Shown: positions 1-15,982, counted from the first letter of the stretch. The stretch: 64,000 nucleotides of DNA from the human T2T-CHM13v2.0 reference genome, Homo sapiens (GCF_009914755.1 NC_060929.1), one strand, 5' to 3'. Notes: generated by a model not told the origin, from the sequence alone. A program made the numbers and translations.

Positions 1-1109
1 TTATTATAACAATATCTATTATTGCTTGCTCCTATTACAATGTATTATGATATATATATCATTTATTGATATATAGATATCTATCTATATAAATATATAA
101 TGAGAAGAAACCTGAGATTCCAAAGCCTGTTTTTATTCCAGATTATTAATTCTGAGCTGGATTTGATCATTATTTTTATCTAAATAGTATTAAAATATGA
201 CTTTTTCAATCTTGTTTTGGTTTTAGAAATATTTACACATTGGAGTAGAGATCCATCTCAGTGCCTAGCCTGGACTCTAAACACAATAAAATGTTTTTTG
301 TTCCCTCAGCATGCTATGCTTCTAAGTGTTTTTTCTTCCTTTTTGTTTGCAACAGTTTTTTGTCTACCTGAAATAACCTTCTCTTCTTTTTCCTTTATCT
401 TGTCTTTCTCCTACAGATCTCATTATCCTGTTGTGCCTTTTTTTTTTTTTTTTACCTTCTCCAGAAGTGGGAGATGCACTGCCTTGTCCCCTCTTCACTG
501 ATGATGCTGTCCTGTAGCCATTTGCCATCCTTGCTCTTTTTGAACGTGGCTGCCAGCTTTTTGGAGAAGGAAATATGGTGTAGCTATTATTGCATTTGGA
601 GAAACTAGCACAATTTATGACTAAGGAAGAGCATCAATAGATATATCCTGAATTGACTTGAAATTAAAATTTCAGCCTTCTTATAATTTACATATCTGAT
701 ACTTTAGAGTGCATGCTTTTTAGTTGACAAAGGAAGACATTTGGAATGGGAAGTGGGGAGTGTCATTCCAAAAGCAGCTGCAGTAGAAGCATTAGAACTA
801 CCTCGTCCAGCCAGCCCTGTGTGACAAGGTGGGCAGCATATGGCGGGACAAGCTTTCGGAACGCTGACAGCAGTGGGGTATAGCACGGAATAGAAGATGG
901 GGGCACCATAACAAGACACTATGTTTGATGATCTTCAGTAAAGTTACTAAGCTCGTGTGTGCTCAAAGGGATGAGATTCCTTAGAAGAATCGAAGGAGGA
1001 CAGAATCTTGGGTCTGAATTTGACACGTGGGTTCCTGGGAATGTCTATGAAAACAGGCATGGAAATAGGGGCAATGAGAAAGTAAGATGGGAAATTGGTA
1101 GAAACTCTG

Positions 1110-1140
1110 AGTGTGTGTTTGTGTGTGTGTGTCTGTGTGT
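1110..1140. repeat. Imperfect (TG)n microsatellite
   Basis: gtgtgtgtttgtgtgtgtgtgtctgtgtgt seen directly. Confidence 0.85.
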
Positions 1141-1299
1141 TAGTAAACAGTGGGAACACACAAATTTTAAAATTTAGAGCATTCAGGACCATTTCACTTA
1201 AATCTCAGAAGTACAGAAAGGCTCCCAAGAATCATGTTACAGATACTTTATGTCCACGATTTCGTTTGATTCTCACATTAACATAATGAAATAGACACA

Positions 1300-1610
1300 A
1301 AGTAGTTATTGTTATCATTTCACAGATGAGGAAATGCAACTTAAAGAGGTTAAGTTCATAATAATTAAATTATGTTAAATTATTCATTTAAATGAATACT
1401 AAGAGGCAGAATTATGTGCTGAGTATTGTATGCTTCACTTCATTATCTCATTTAATCATCTCAAATACAACAAGAGGTCGCTACTATTATTATACCCACT
1501 TTTCAGTCGAGGAAACTGAGAGGTTAAGCTGGTTCCTCAGTGTCACACAGGAAACCATGAACTGAGAATCAGGTCCATCCATTCTAAAGCCTCTATAGTT
1601 AGTCACTGTG
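1300..1610 (-). mobile_element. MIR SINE fragments (two pieces)
   Basis: Reverse MIR core motifs tttcacagatgaggaaa and cccacttttcagtcgaggaaactgagaggttaag...gtcacacag; boundaries approximate. Confidence 0.75.
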
Positions 1611-2392
1611 ATTTTACCTTTGCAGCTTATGAATCTTAAAATCCAGTCTTCTTCAACACTACTTTTCTCCTACTCCATTACAAACAAACAAGTAAATCAG
1701 AAAAAAGAAAAAAAAAAAAGGAAACAATCCAGGAGATGATTTCAGCCCCGACTTTAACATTTGCTCATTCATTTTAATCGTGCTCTATGACAACAAAGGA
1801 GTGTGGGGATTCCAAGTACAACCAGTAACTTGTTCCATATTCAGAATGGGCCCTCACATCCCATCGCCTGGCCACATGCTCTGTTCATTCCTGTGATCAC
1901 AGACACAGCCAGCAACCCGTTCCATCACCTCCTGCCTCTTTGCATTTCAAGTGTTTCAGGGTGCCTGCAGACAGGAACTCATTTATCCCTCCATGTGATG
2001 ATAAAGTCACTGTCCCATTCCTCTCAAATGGTGAGAGTGAGGTACTGGAGGGAGGAGGAGCCCTTTCTAAAGGTCATACTGAGATGGGAGTGGAGCCCTG
2101 GGGACCTGGATCCCCCATCCCACCAGGGCTGCCTTCCTCCTCCTCAGCTGTCCTATTGATTTTCTAGAAAAGAGATACAAGCATCAGGCACAGGAATGAT
2201 GGGTTGTTAGCATTTGATGATAATGGTTATCACTGGGGGAAACTTTGAATAGAAGATTTTTATCAGCGAACTGATTCAGGACTAAAAATATTTCAGAACG
2301 ATCTGATTTTCTGTGTTTAGTTAGAAATTCTTCCCCACCTCCCTCTTGAAAACTGATCTCTGGGTGGGGGAGGGGGGTGGAAAGGAAGCTTA

Positions 2393-2710
<318 letters not shown>

Positions 2711-3315
2711 CACCCTCAGTTTAAATTTTTTTGAATAAATAAAATCCTAAATTACACATGGCTAGATTTCCATTTCAGAAGCCAGTTTTCTGATAGCCAT
2801 ATAATTAAAACCCTCTTATTTAAAATAATGGAATAAAATCTATGTATTATTAATCCGTGGTTTCCTAAACTTAAATATATTCTTTCCTTCCTAACTTTTG
2901 CCATATCCAAATATGGCTTCTATTGTTATTTTTTAAAGAAACTTAATATTTTTCTTTAAATTGATAATTTTTTAAAAAGCTTACTTTCTTTAGTATGTTT
3001 CCAATATGCCTCTATAAAAAAGGTACTAATAACACTACACAAATACATAGCTAATAAAATAAAACCTATTTGTTCATATAACACCTAAAACCATGTCACA
3101 TACTACCAGCAGCAAGCTTTCTACCTCTTAGATGGCCTTTTCTATTATTGGGCTAAGGCAATAGAGATAACGTTCAGGAGCTCCAGGAGAAATATGTTAA
3201 GGATCGGTGGAATGATCTCTGACAGAGATCATTTATAAAGTAAATAATATATTGATGTGTGTACATCTCCTTTGATTTCTTGACTTCAATACTGATTGAT
3301 TTTAGAGTTAGGCAT

Positions 3316-3656
3316 TGATAGAGTTTGGCTGTGTCCCCACCCAAGTGTCATCTTGAATTGTAATTCCCACGTGTTGAGGGAGGGAAGTGACAGGATCATG
3401 GGGGCTGTTTCCCCCATGTTGTTTTCATGATGGCGAGTTCTCATGAGATCTAATGGTTTTATAAGGGACTCTTCCCTCTTTGCTTTCTCTTTCTTGTGAA
3501 GAAAGTGCCTGCTTCCCCTTCACTTTCTCCCATGACTGTGGGTTTCCCGAGGCCACCCTAGCCATGAAGAACTGTGAGTCCATTAAACCTCTTTTATTTA
3601 TAAATTACCCGGTCTTGGGTAGTATCTTTATAGCAGTGTAAGAACAGACTAATACA
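3316..3656 (+). mobile_element. THE1D-type MaLR solo LTR
   Basis: TG...CA termini (tgatagagtttggctgtgtccccaccc ... gaacagactaataca); perfect 5-bp TSD GGCAT at 3311-3315 and 3657-3661. Confidence 0.92.
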
Positions 3657-3954
3657 GGCATCTTCTTTCACCAAAGCAGCGAGGTAGGTTTAATAAATTG
3701 GGCAGCATGTAATGCCTAGCAGCTCTTTTCCCTATCAGCAGTCTAGAACCTGAAAGGAACATTATTTTTTTCAGCTCAGATTTTTTTCCGCATGTGTTTT
3801 TTTCTACTAAAGATATAGACAATGTAGCTGAAACTTAAGTATACTTTTGTGGGGTCATGTTACTTTATCAACTTAATACTTACACCATTTGCTCCAAAAA
3901 GAGGTGTCCATCTCCTTATTCATACCCTGCTTCTCTCCTGCCACAGTGCTGACA

Positions 3955-4529
3955 TGTTGCATAGTAAGCAATTAATCTAACCCAAAAGAGAGGGCTGGCC
4001 TTTGCCCTTGGCTCCTGGGAGGTGATGTCTAGGCCATGGAAATGTCCTGCCTGATAAGAGTACCTTTGTTTACCTGGGAGGTTGGGCCACTCTGGACAGC
4101 CCAAACACATGATTAATGATAAGGCTTCAGGCCCTGTAGTATCCATTCATCTTCTAGAGGGGCTGTAGACTAAAGGTCTGGCACAGAGGCAGTCAACTCT
4201 GTCTATGTGATTGAATTTCAATAAAAACTCTGGATACCAAGGTCCGGTGAGCTTCCCTAATAGGTAATACTTTGTGCATATTGTCACAAATCATTGCTGG
4301 TAGAGGTAATGTCGGGGGCTCCATTGGGAGAGGATAACTGGAAGCTCCACATTTGGAACCCTTCCAGACTCTGTCCCACACATCTCTTCTTTTGCATGAC
4401 TTTAATCTATATCCTTTCACTTTTATAAAACAAAACTATGAGTATAGCAATCATAATATTCAGTGAGTTCTGTGAGTTCTTCTAGTAAAGCATTGACCTC
4501 AGGGTGCGTACTGTACCCCCACCATCACA
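3955..4529 (+). mobile_element. MER77-like ERVL-class solo LTR
   Basis: tgttgcata...cccaaaagagagggctggcctttgcccttggctcctgggagg...ggtgagcttccct...gagttctgtgagttcttctag resembles the remembered MER77 consensus. Confidence 0.75.
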
Positions 4530-4574
4530 CTCATCATCAGCACTGTGTGAATGACAGGCACTGTAATATCATAG

Positions 4575-5030
4575 CTGAATAACTTGCAGCCCTATTCCCC
4601 ATTAAGCAACTCTGTGACCTTGAACAAGTTACTTAGATTCTCTAAATTTCTGTTCATATAATGGGAATAATACTATCATGTACTTTGTGGAGTTGTGAAA
4701 AATCAGTAACATTGCTGTGCTGAGCCATATTAGAACCTGAGGCAAAAGGAAAAATTGGTATTGATTTATTCTTTGTTTCAATTTCTGACATTTTGTTCAT
4801 CACAAATATTTAATAATTTTTATTTAAAAAATTCACTAAAAATTATTTATCTTGACTACCAAGTTTTTGAGAGGCCCTCAAATTTTCCACCTAAGATGAA
4901 AGCTTTAATCATCTCACCTTACTCTTGACTCTAGAGTGAAGATGAACAGTAATAATGAAAATAAATTGCATACAACAGGGTCAGTCGTATAGGGAACACT
5001 CGATAAATAACATGTAATTCTTGCAGATAT
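4575..5030 (+). mobile_element. MIR split by a ~210-bp old DNA-transposon-like insert (~4715-4932)
   Basis: MIR core ctctgtgaccttgaacaagttactta...tgggaataata before the insert and MIR-tail-like sequence after it; the insert (cctgaggcaaaaggaaaaa...attatttatcttgactacc...) resembles a hAT-family MER, family uncertain. Confidence 0.55.
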
Positions 5031-5316
5031 TGTTGTTGTCGTTAACTTAGACATGACTTTGGAGATTTAGTGCTATGTTAATGAGGATTAAAAAGAAACT
5101 ATAACTAGAGACAGAAAATGGGCAGTAGTTTTAGCATAAAGGAAACATGAAGAGTTTATTTCCAAGTGTTGCCTGTAAAGATTAAGCAGTGCACGTAAGT
5201 ATGAGTGCTGCCGCGTGAGTTTTTTAATTTATTATATGAAAAATGGCAAATGAATAGGTTGGAGGCTCTTTATAAATGTTAGCATTTATCAAAAGATGTT
5301 AAATTTGTAAAGATTA

Positions 5317-5318
<2 letters not shown>

Positions 5319-5349
<31 letters not shown>

Positions 5350-5627
5350 AGACAGGATCTCACTCTGTCACCCAGGCTGGAATGCAGTGGTGCAGTGACA
5401 GCTCACTGCAGCCTCCACTTCCTGGGCTCAAGAGATCCTTCTGCCTCAGCCCTCGGAGCTAGTGCTACAGGTGCATACCACCGTGCCCAGCTAATTTTAA
5501 ATTTGTTTGTAGAGGCAGGATCTCCTTATGTTACTTAGGCTGGTCTTGAACTCCTGGACTCAAGTAATCCTCCTGCCTTGGCCTCCCAAAATGCTAGGAC
5601 TATGGGTGTGCACCACTGCTCCAGGCC
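5319..5627 (-). mobile_element. Alu SINE, AluJ, with T30 tail
   Basis: Poly-T then gagacaggatctcactctgtcacccaggctgg...ctgggctcaag (J-type); TSD AAGATTATCTTT at 5310-5321 and 5628-5639. Confidence 0.95.
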
Positions 5628-5984
5628 AAGATTATCTTTAAACAAATAGTACATTCAACATTCAGTACATTGAAATGCTTAGGAAGTATAATATTCTAGT
5701 TAAATAAATGTACCCGGAGAATTTATTTCCGATTCAGCTTCTGCTATTGAAAATTCTCTGTAAAACATCTCCACCGACTTCCCTACCACAGTAACTGGAG
5801 TAGATGGAGCACAATAACCTGGAGGCATTCTTGTGGACATTCATGATTCTTGGTTCAATCTGTGTTTATAGGTGTTGGAGACAGAGCTGTGACTTTTGAA
5901 ACTTAATCCCTTACAAAATACACGTTTTTCATCCACAACTTGTATCTTACTTCCTGAGGGAGATAAATAAAACTAAATTCCTGC

Positions 5985-6585
5985 TGTGGTATAATAAAAA
6001 ATAAATATTTGGTTTTTTTTTTTTTTTTTTGTCCCAAGGTTCTGAAAAACTAACCAAGTAATTGGAGGGTTAGAACTCCTCCCCAGTCCCCCATCTCAGG
6101 AGAAAGTGGGGGAGAGGGGTTTTAAGCACAAATGATGAATAATGTTATCAGTCAGGCCTATGGAATGAAACCTTGATGAAACCCTCTAAATGAAGGGGGT
6201 TGAGGAGCTCCTGAGTTGGTGAACACATTGAGATGCTGTGAGAAGAGCTCATCTGAGAGCACGTGGAAGCCCTGCTCCTGGCCCTCCCATAGCTTGTCCT
6301 GTGCAGTGCTGCTTTTTAGCCGTCCCTGAGTTGTAGCCTTTCAAACAGAAATCTCAGCAATAAGGAAAGTATTTTCCTGAGTTCTGTAAATCATTCTAGC
6401 AATTATAGAACCTGAGGAGGAGTTTGTGGGGACCTCCAAATTTATAGCCAGTGAGACTGGCATGTGATGTGGAGGCAGTCTTGTAGGCCTGAGCTCTTAA
6501 TCCTTGGGGTGTGCCCTACTGTGGGAAGTTAGTGTCAGAACTGAATTGTTGGAAACCCAGTTGGTGTCAGAGAATTAGAGAACTT
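5985..6585 (+). mobile_element. MER21 (B/C-like) LTR, internally deleted
   Basis: tgtggtataataaaaaataaatatttgg...ggttggtgaacacatt-like...ttcctgagttctgt...agtgtcagaactgaattg...cccagttggtgtcagagaatt. Confidence 0.7.
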
Positions 6586-6997
6586 CTAATATAGTTTACA
6601 TGTATTTATCCTTACAAAAATCTTGCTGGGCTCCTTCAAATCTTTTGGAGTTATTCTAGTTTTACAACTGCAGTAAACACATTGGCTATGACCAAAGGTT
6701 CTCTCTGCTTCTTATTATTTCTATTAATTCCCTAAAATGAATTAGCATTTTAGAAAGGCTTTACAATTTAATTAACTGATGAAATTCCTATAAATAGAAT
6801 ATTTACATCTTTTAGTGTTGTATAAATAACCAGTTTATTGGATAAGTTTTCCATTAGTTATATTGTCATCCTTCATTCCAGGATGAACTGTTTCTACTTC
6901 TAAGACACAATCTGTTCCCGCATAGGTACTCTTGAAAACTAAACTCAGAAGGTAGGAAGGAAAATTGAGAAATGGAAAAGGCATCTGAAGTTTACAG

Positions 6998-7174
6998 CAG
7001 TGTTATTCACAATGTGGTGTTTAAACCAGCAGCATTTGTCTTACCTGTAAGCTTGTTAGAAATGCAAATTCATTGGCTCCACTTCAACTTATGGAAGTGG
7101 GATGGGGCCCAGGACACTGTGTTCAACAAGCTTTTTAGGTGATCCATATGCACAGTAAAGTCTGAGAACCACTG
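6998..7174. mobile_element. MER5A hAT-Charlie MITE
   Basis: cagtgttattcacaatgtgg...gcttgttagaaatgcaaatt...aaagtctgagaaccactg with inverted CAGTG/CACTG termini. Confidence 0.85.
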
Positions 7175-7247
7175 CTCCATATATAGTTTAGTCAAAGGTA
7201 TGTTCAGGTGAGTAAGTCAGCAGTGATGAGAAGCTCAGATTAAATGG

Positions 7248-7361
7248 TAGGGTGACAAACTCTTCTAGTTTGTCTGGGGCTGTGAATGTTCTGGGATGCA
7301 GGACTTTCAGGGCTACAATCAGGTAAGTTCCAGGCAAACTGGGACAAGTTGGTGATCATGA
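7248..7361. mobile_element. MER81 hAT-Blackjack MITE
   Basis: tagggtgacaaac...gggactttcag-like...ggcaaactgggacaagttggtgatcatga, 114 bp; 8-bp TSD TTAAATGG/TCAAATGG (7240-7247, 7362-7369). Confidence 0.85.
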
Positions 7362-9139
7362 TCAAATGGTTTTGTGAGTATTTGAAAAGCTAGCATGCCT
7401 CACATTTAATTTTGTCTCTACTGGATATCCTTTATTCCCCGAGTGATTTCCCTCAGGCTCTGAGCATGACCAGATTAATATGGCTATCTTGTGGGTCATA
7501 GATTTGGGGAATTCAATAAGGTAGTTAGTTAGAGCTGACATTTTGTTCTTGCTGTGACTGCTGGAGTTTGATTACACCAGAGTGTGTGATCCATAACTTG
7601 CTTCTCTGCTTAATTCCTTCTCACTTCAATGTTATATATGCAACAGGGCTCAAACATGGCAGAAGCTGGGAATGACTTTAAAGTTCTTTAAAGCCACTTA
7701 CATTTATTTATTTTATTTTTCTTTGTTGTCTATGTCTGTTTGCTCTAGCCTAGGTTATTATGAATCCCTTTTTTTGGTTTCCTAACTGAGCGGAATTCTT
7801 CATTAATAGTATAAGTTTGCACTTACGTCAATGAGTCTTATTTTTCAATAGTTTTTGGGTATTATTACAATTTTAGATGTTGCAAAAGTGCTGTAAATGC
7901 CACTGAGAGTTGATTAATACAGTTAACAGCTACTAGTAATTATGAATGTCATTTTTACTTTAAATGTGGCTTTATTTTAGCATGACTTTGAAAGCTTAAT
8001 TCTAAGGAAATAGAGTAGAAATTGTTCCAAAGAAATCAGGTTTATCTTTTGTGAAGTTCAAAGCAGAAATAAAACAAAACAAAACAAAACATCCCCCAAT
8101 TTGTCTATCGCTAATGAAATCAAATGAGTTGATGGGTATGTGTTTCTTCAAACATAATAACTCTGTACAAATTATTTGTTTTTAATGTCATAAAAGCCCA
8201 TGTTGTATTATTTGGTTTTCTTAAAGCTCTTACAATGAGGACTCAATTATGTTGCATTCACAAACAATTAGGTTTGACTATTTGGATGCAAACTATTGTT
8301 GCCAACATTTTGCAGCATTTTTTAACTAGTAAAAACATTCTGCTTTGTCTATTAAAATACTCATTTTGTAAATTGTTTTTCCATGTGATTTAGACTGTAG
8401 CACAAATGCTTTTTCTCTCTTTTTGTCGCTAATTTTTCCCCTGTTTATCCACACGATTTGCTGGATAAATCCTATGAATTATCTCTGAAATATGGGCTTG
8501 CTTTACTGAATTAAGGACTCAGTCTCAAGTTTGAGAGAACTTTAGATCCAAGCTAAATGAAAGAGTCATTTCCAAAGGCTTTACTATACCCATTTAGTAG
8601 TTGCTCAGTAACTTCAATCCCCAACATGTGCCAGATTGTATGGTCTGATCCATGAACCTCGGTGGTACACTCCGGCCCAGAAGGCAGAGTTCTTCATTAT
8701 TCTGGGCCAGGTTTTGAAGTCATCACATATGATGAGAATTAGGTGTGTTCAAAAATTAACCACTGAATAACTCTTAGGAAGCTACGCTTGGTACCAACAT
8801 ACTATTGTTGCAGGTACAACACAGTTTTTCTTTTAAGAATGGAAAAGGTTATCTGATTTTGATTGTGCACTAGATGAAATACTTGGATCATATTCTCGTC
8901 ATTAGAGCAAAACTGTATATCCTCAAATATTAGAATTACACTTGGCATGTGGAGTGGGGCCAAAAATCTAAACAGTGTATGTATTAGAACCACCTGTGGA
9001 AACAAGAAATTCAAGACCTTCATCTCACTCCCACTCCACGTCTGCCTGAATTAAGGGCAACGGCAGGCGGCAGACATGCCTTCAGTTTAAATGTTCATTC
9101 ATTCTCTCCCCTTCTCTTTGTGCCTTGATTCCTTTCCCT

Positions 9140-9310
9140 GTCATTTAGTTTAGTTTCATCATAGGCCTTTACAAATTAGGTTTTGTTTTTATTCTCATTT
9201 TGCAAAAGTTAGTGACTCTCCCATCAGAGAGAAAGTAGAAAGTAGCAGTGCCAATATTTAAATCTAGGCTTCCTATCACTGAAACTTCTACCTTAGTCCC
9301 TGTGCTACAT
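9140..9310 (-). mobile_element. Degraded MIR
   Basis: attctcattttgcaa...agtagcagtgccaatatttaaatctagg; weak similarity. Confidence 0.5.
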
Positions 9311-11064
9311 TATTATACAACATACCCATGAGCAGTCTTTGATGACATTGTATAAGAAACAAAAAGCCAAAATGTTAGGTAGCCCCAAACCCTGAAATAT
9401 ACATCCAGTGGGAAAGTTGTTGCTGTCTTGTCACTGCTTTTGCAGTGATGGTCTTACAGACATCTGTATAGGCAGATGCTTGACTACTTTTCATTCTATT
9501 TCCTAAACCTCTGGGACTAGGTTTCCAATATCACCTCTTTCCAGTTGTAACCAAGGTTTTGACACAACTGGGGCTCTGATATTGGTAGAAGGAAGTTGTT
9601 TGAGAGCCCTTCTCCCAAGTTGAAACCAATGATTACATAAAAGTCTTATCTATAGAGCTTTGTTCAGTATAATATAATATAGTCCATTGGTAATTTTGGA
9701 ACTGGAGGGACTAATTCAGTTGCAGTTTACATGAAACTTTAGCAAATTGGACTGACCAAGATGTTTGAGTTATGCCTATGCTAGCCACAGTAATAAGTGT
9801 CCTGTTAATTTTATGAGCACAGAAACCACTATGAAATTTTCTGTGCCTCAGTTCAGCATGTGTGTCTACTATTCCTTATCGAAGATCTGCTTTCCAAGTT
9901 AGAATCCAAATATAAATGTATCGGGCTATATATATGGGGGTTCACAACATAAGAGATGAATGCAATGGTCCATGTAATTATAGCAATATAAGCTTCTAAG
10001 CCATCAATGAGCTATGAGTGCATTGCAAAAGCTAGCCAAGCAAATCAAGCTTTGTGATATACCAGCTTTTTCTTTATTTCAAAATCACTTTTTAAAAAAA
10101 AAAAAAAGAAATGAAAACTTACTAACCTTTCACTCAATACAAAATAATGACGGACTCCTAGTTCGTTTGTATTCAGCTGGGGTAACATATTTATTCAGGT
10201 GCCAGATGTAGAGTGTCAATGGATTAAAGTATATAGGCAAAGTGGGCAATTGTACTGTAAATGTAACTTAAGTGAATATGGCCTGCAAAGATATTATTGA
10301 TTTATTTTATCTAATTTGGTTTGTATTGCAATTCAAGCTCAAGATGGAGGGTTGAAGTCATTTGTCTTCTATAGGTGAAATGACTTCAGGTCACAAGGGA
10401 ACCAAACTAAGTGAATAGGAAGTCTCTTTGTTTGAGGACGCAAAGAGAGTGGAAATATTTTCCAGTATGAAGAGGGTAGAGAGAGGGAAGTGTTGTGCTT
10501 TCAAGGACACTAGGAAATCATATTCCACCAGGAAGAAAACATGCAACCACCACTCAGTAAAACATTCTGATTTCCTTGTCAATATTAAAACAATATCCCT
10601 TAATGGCTGATAAGTTGATCTTTGGGAAGCTAGGCATGGGGCTTAGGGATGTTCCTTATCATCGATCACTTTGTAAATCAGCTGAATAAGAAGAAAGGCA
10701 CCTTTCTAGGTGCTGTACAAAGCACCCTATTGAGTAGGTCATGTTCCTGCCTCAGTTCTCCAAGTGTCCAGGCTTATGAAGAAAAGAGAGAGAAGCTTGT
10801 GGGCACAGAAGAGCAACGTTCTCTCTCTTAACCCTTTTTCTCTTGAAATTGTTACAAAATTGCTTAATACTAAATTTAGTGTTGAATGATTGAACATGAA
10901 TGCTGAAAAGCAAACTATTTAGTTCCATTAAACTATTGTGAGAATATTATATTATGTGGCTTTAATCCCAGAATTATTATAGCCTAAATTCATGATGATT
11001 ATAAAGAAAAAGAGAATAATTAGGACTTTAAAAATAGGGTTGTCAGAAAGCAAACTTTGTACAA

Positions 11065-11185
11065 TTCATTAGTTTAGGTACTCTGACATATCTCTGTGAA
11101 ACATGGAAATATTCATATTCTTTCCAATTAAGATGGGGAAACTGAGGCCTAGGGAGGCCTGGTGAGCAGTCCAAGGCCACCTGGG
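11065..11185 (-). mobile_element. MIR fragment
   Basis: agatggggaaactgaggcctagggagg...ccaaggccac. Confidence 0.65.
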
Positions 11186-12154
11186 GTGACCATAAGAGTT
11201 TTCAAGGTGGAAAAGTGATTGGCACTGCATGCCAGTAAGAGTCTCTTGGCTCCGCTGCTTCTAGAGTTGCAAAGAGATCTATTAATTAAACAGAACAGTC
11301 AGACAGCTCCCTAGGAGTCTTTGGATATGAAGTCTCTAATGATTTCATGCAAAATGTCCCAGACCTGAAACATCTGTTCTGGAGATACAGTCAAGTTCCA
11401 CTCCATAGTCCCAAGTTAACAACTTATTTTATTTCCTTTTATTTTATTTTTTTAAGCACGTAGCAGCTGTCCACTTATTTCAGAGGACAGACCTTGGTTT
11501 TAAACCTCAGTCAGAGAATGCTACATAGAAAACTCTCCACACTTCACTGTATGTGCTAATTAGAACTTCTTACACAAACACATAAATTCATTTATACACT
11601 GATGAATTTTCATTTTCCAAATAGCTCCACTATAAAGGCCAGAAAAGTAAAAAATAGTCCAAGGAATTTAACGTTTATTTTTATGCAAGCTTGGATGATT
11701 TTTAGAATTGTTTTGTGTTTGGAGGATTGATTTGCATGTGCAATGCATTTGTTTTTTGAGATTTTGAAACATTTCCTGGAAAAGGGAGGCAAATTTTCTT
11801 CATAGAGAGGCATCCAGTTAGATACTCTGAGTTAAACCCAGGAGAACAGAAGTGAAAGAAACAGAAATAATCCCTAGGTCATGCATTCACAGGGCCCAAG
11901 GGAAAGAGTGAAGGGCATCAAGGAAAAGATAAAAGTAGCTTATTATTTCACTGCTGCATGGGGTAAATTTGTCTCCAGTGTGAGCCCTACGGTGAATAAA
12001 GAGAAATCACCTAGGTCTCTTTCTATTGCATCCCTTCAATAAGGGACAGTAGGTAAATGTCATAGTCTCATCTCTCCCATAGAAATGCTAATTTATGTGC
12101 TGTTTCCTTTTTAAATCATTCCTCACTTTACCCTCATTAAACACACATAAACAC

Positions 12155-12700
12155 ACATTCATACGTATTTATTCATCCATCTACCCATCTATCCATCCAA
12201 TATATACTGAGCACCTACTATTGGCCTGGCACTCTCTGGGGCCCTCGAACAAGACAGAGGTCACAGCTTTTATCTGCTTCTACACAGCTCACAATCTTGT
12301 GGGAGACCCATATAATTACAAAGTAAATCAAATCCATAATAAAGATACTTTGAGTACAAAGAACTGTTAGAAAGAGTATAATGATAAATAATTATTTGGA
12401 GAAACAGAAGTCCTTTGGGTAAGAAGTTGATCATGAAAAGCCCTCCTCAATAAGATTAAATTATATGACTGATGGAAAAGAATTAACAATGCAGTGTTTT
12501 GAGGAAAGAATCTTCCAGAAAAAGAGAAGAAAATTCACAATAGCTGTGAGGCCAGGACAGATTTTTTTTTTTAAATAGAAGGTCATAAAGTTTAGAGCAT
12601 AATGATTGTAAATTGACTTATTGGAGTGTGGTGTAGGATGAAGCCAGGGAGGTTAACAGGAGCTAAATCATGAAAATATCTTATAGGCTATTAAAAAAAA
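12155..12700 (-). mobile_element. L2 LINE 3' fragment
   Basis: (CATC/CATT)n then tactgagcacctactattggcctggcactc...aacaagacaga...ctcacaatct, the typical reverse L2 3' end. Confidence 0.7.
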
Positions 12701-12739
12701 AAACATTGACATTTCCTTCTTTATTTAAACTTTGATACA

Positions 12740-12870
12740 ATTTTCTACATAACATCTATGGGCTAGGCATTGCACCAAATATTTTACGGATGCTATTTCA
12801 TGTCCCTTCATAACAATCCTGTGAGGAATGCAACAATATCCTCATTTTGCAGATAAGAAAACTAAAACTC
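12740..12870 (-). mobile_element. MIR fragment, interrupted by Alu
   Basis: cataacaatcctgtgagg...atcctcattttgcagataagaaaact. Confidence 0.7.
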
Positions 12871-13028
12871 GGCCAGGCACGGTGGCTCATGCCTATAATC
12901 CCAGCACTTTGGGAGGCCGAGGCGGGTGGATCACAAGGTCAGGACATCAAGACCATCCTGGCTAACAAGGTGAAACCCCGTCTCTACTAAAAATACAAAG
13001 AATTAGCCAGGCGTGGTGGCGGGTGCCT
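12871..13028 (+). mobile_element. AluY-type SINE, 3'-truncated (left arm plus ~25 bp of right arm)
   Basis: Y-type gaccatcctggctaac and gatcacaaggtcagg; sequence stops at ggcgggtgcct with no tail or 3' TSD. Confidence 0.92.
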
Positions 13029-13420
13029 TAACTAGCTGACATGTTGTATATATAATGCAGGTGAAACATACACAGAAACAACCGTCTTCTGAAATAGGAA
13101 AGCTGAGATCCTGTTGACCAGAAGAAACTGAGTGTAGAAGAAAGTGTTCCTTAGGTATGACAGTTAATGGTAGTTAGATTCTGAATGATCTCTGCTAAAT
13201 GACCTCCATTATTAGAGTTTAAATTCTCCATCACAGATAGATTGAAGATTTTCATGATGCCAAGAAGTCATCTATGTAGATATAAGTATATAGATGTGTG
13301 TGTCTGCATGTTTACATATATATTCATATACATGAGTTGTATATGAGTGTGGTGCAGGATGTTCCTATTCATATGTATTCAAATATACTCACATATGACT
13401 TATACATTGAGGAAGACTGA

Positions 13421-15626
<2,206 letters not shown>

Positions 15627-15636
15627 CAATAAATGG

Positions 15637-15982
15637 TCTCTCTGTCTGTGTCTCTTTTCTCTGCTTGCCCTTGGAACTTAGCAATCATGTTGTGAGAAAG
15701 AAACCCCAGGCCACATGGAAAAGCCACGGTGTTTACTTGTTTCTGCTAATGACCCCAATTAAACACAGTCTACGGATAACTACCAGAAATGTGAGTGAAT
15801 AAGCTTTCAGATGATTCCAGCTTCCTCCCTTCCAGCCACCCCAAGGGATGCTGAGTAAAACAGAAACAAACTGTTCCCACTAAGTCTTGCCCAAACTTCA
15901 GATTTGTAAGTAAAGTGTAAATTTTATCATTGTTTGAAGCACTAATATTTAGGATAACTTGTTATACAACCAGAGCAACTGG

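Noticed and set aside
1803-2167. Overlapping 118-aa and 75-aa ORFs in moderately GC-richer unique DNA
   Set aside because: Non-ATG starts, no recognisable protein similarity and no clear exon boundaries.
7205-7213. Consensus splice donor CAG|GTGAGT
   Set aside because: Isolated 9-mer between two MITEs with no identifiable upstream acceptor or ORF.
10353-10388. 11-bp inverted repeat tgaagtcattt / aaatgacttca with 14-nt spacer
   Set aside because: Too short for a pre-miRNA, and about one such repeat is expected by chance in 64 kb of AT-rich DNA.
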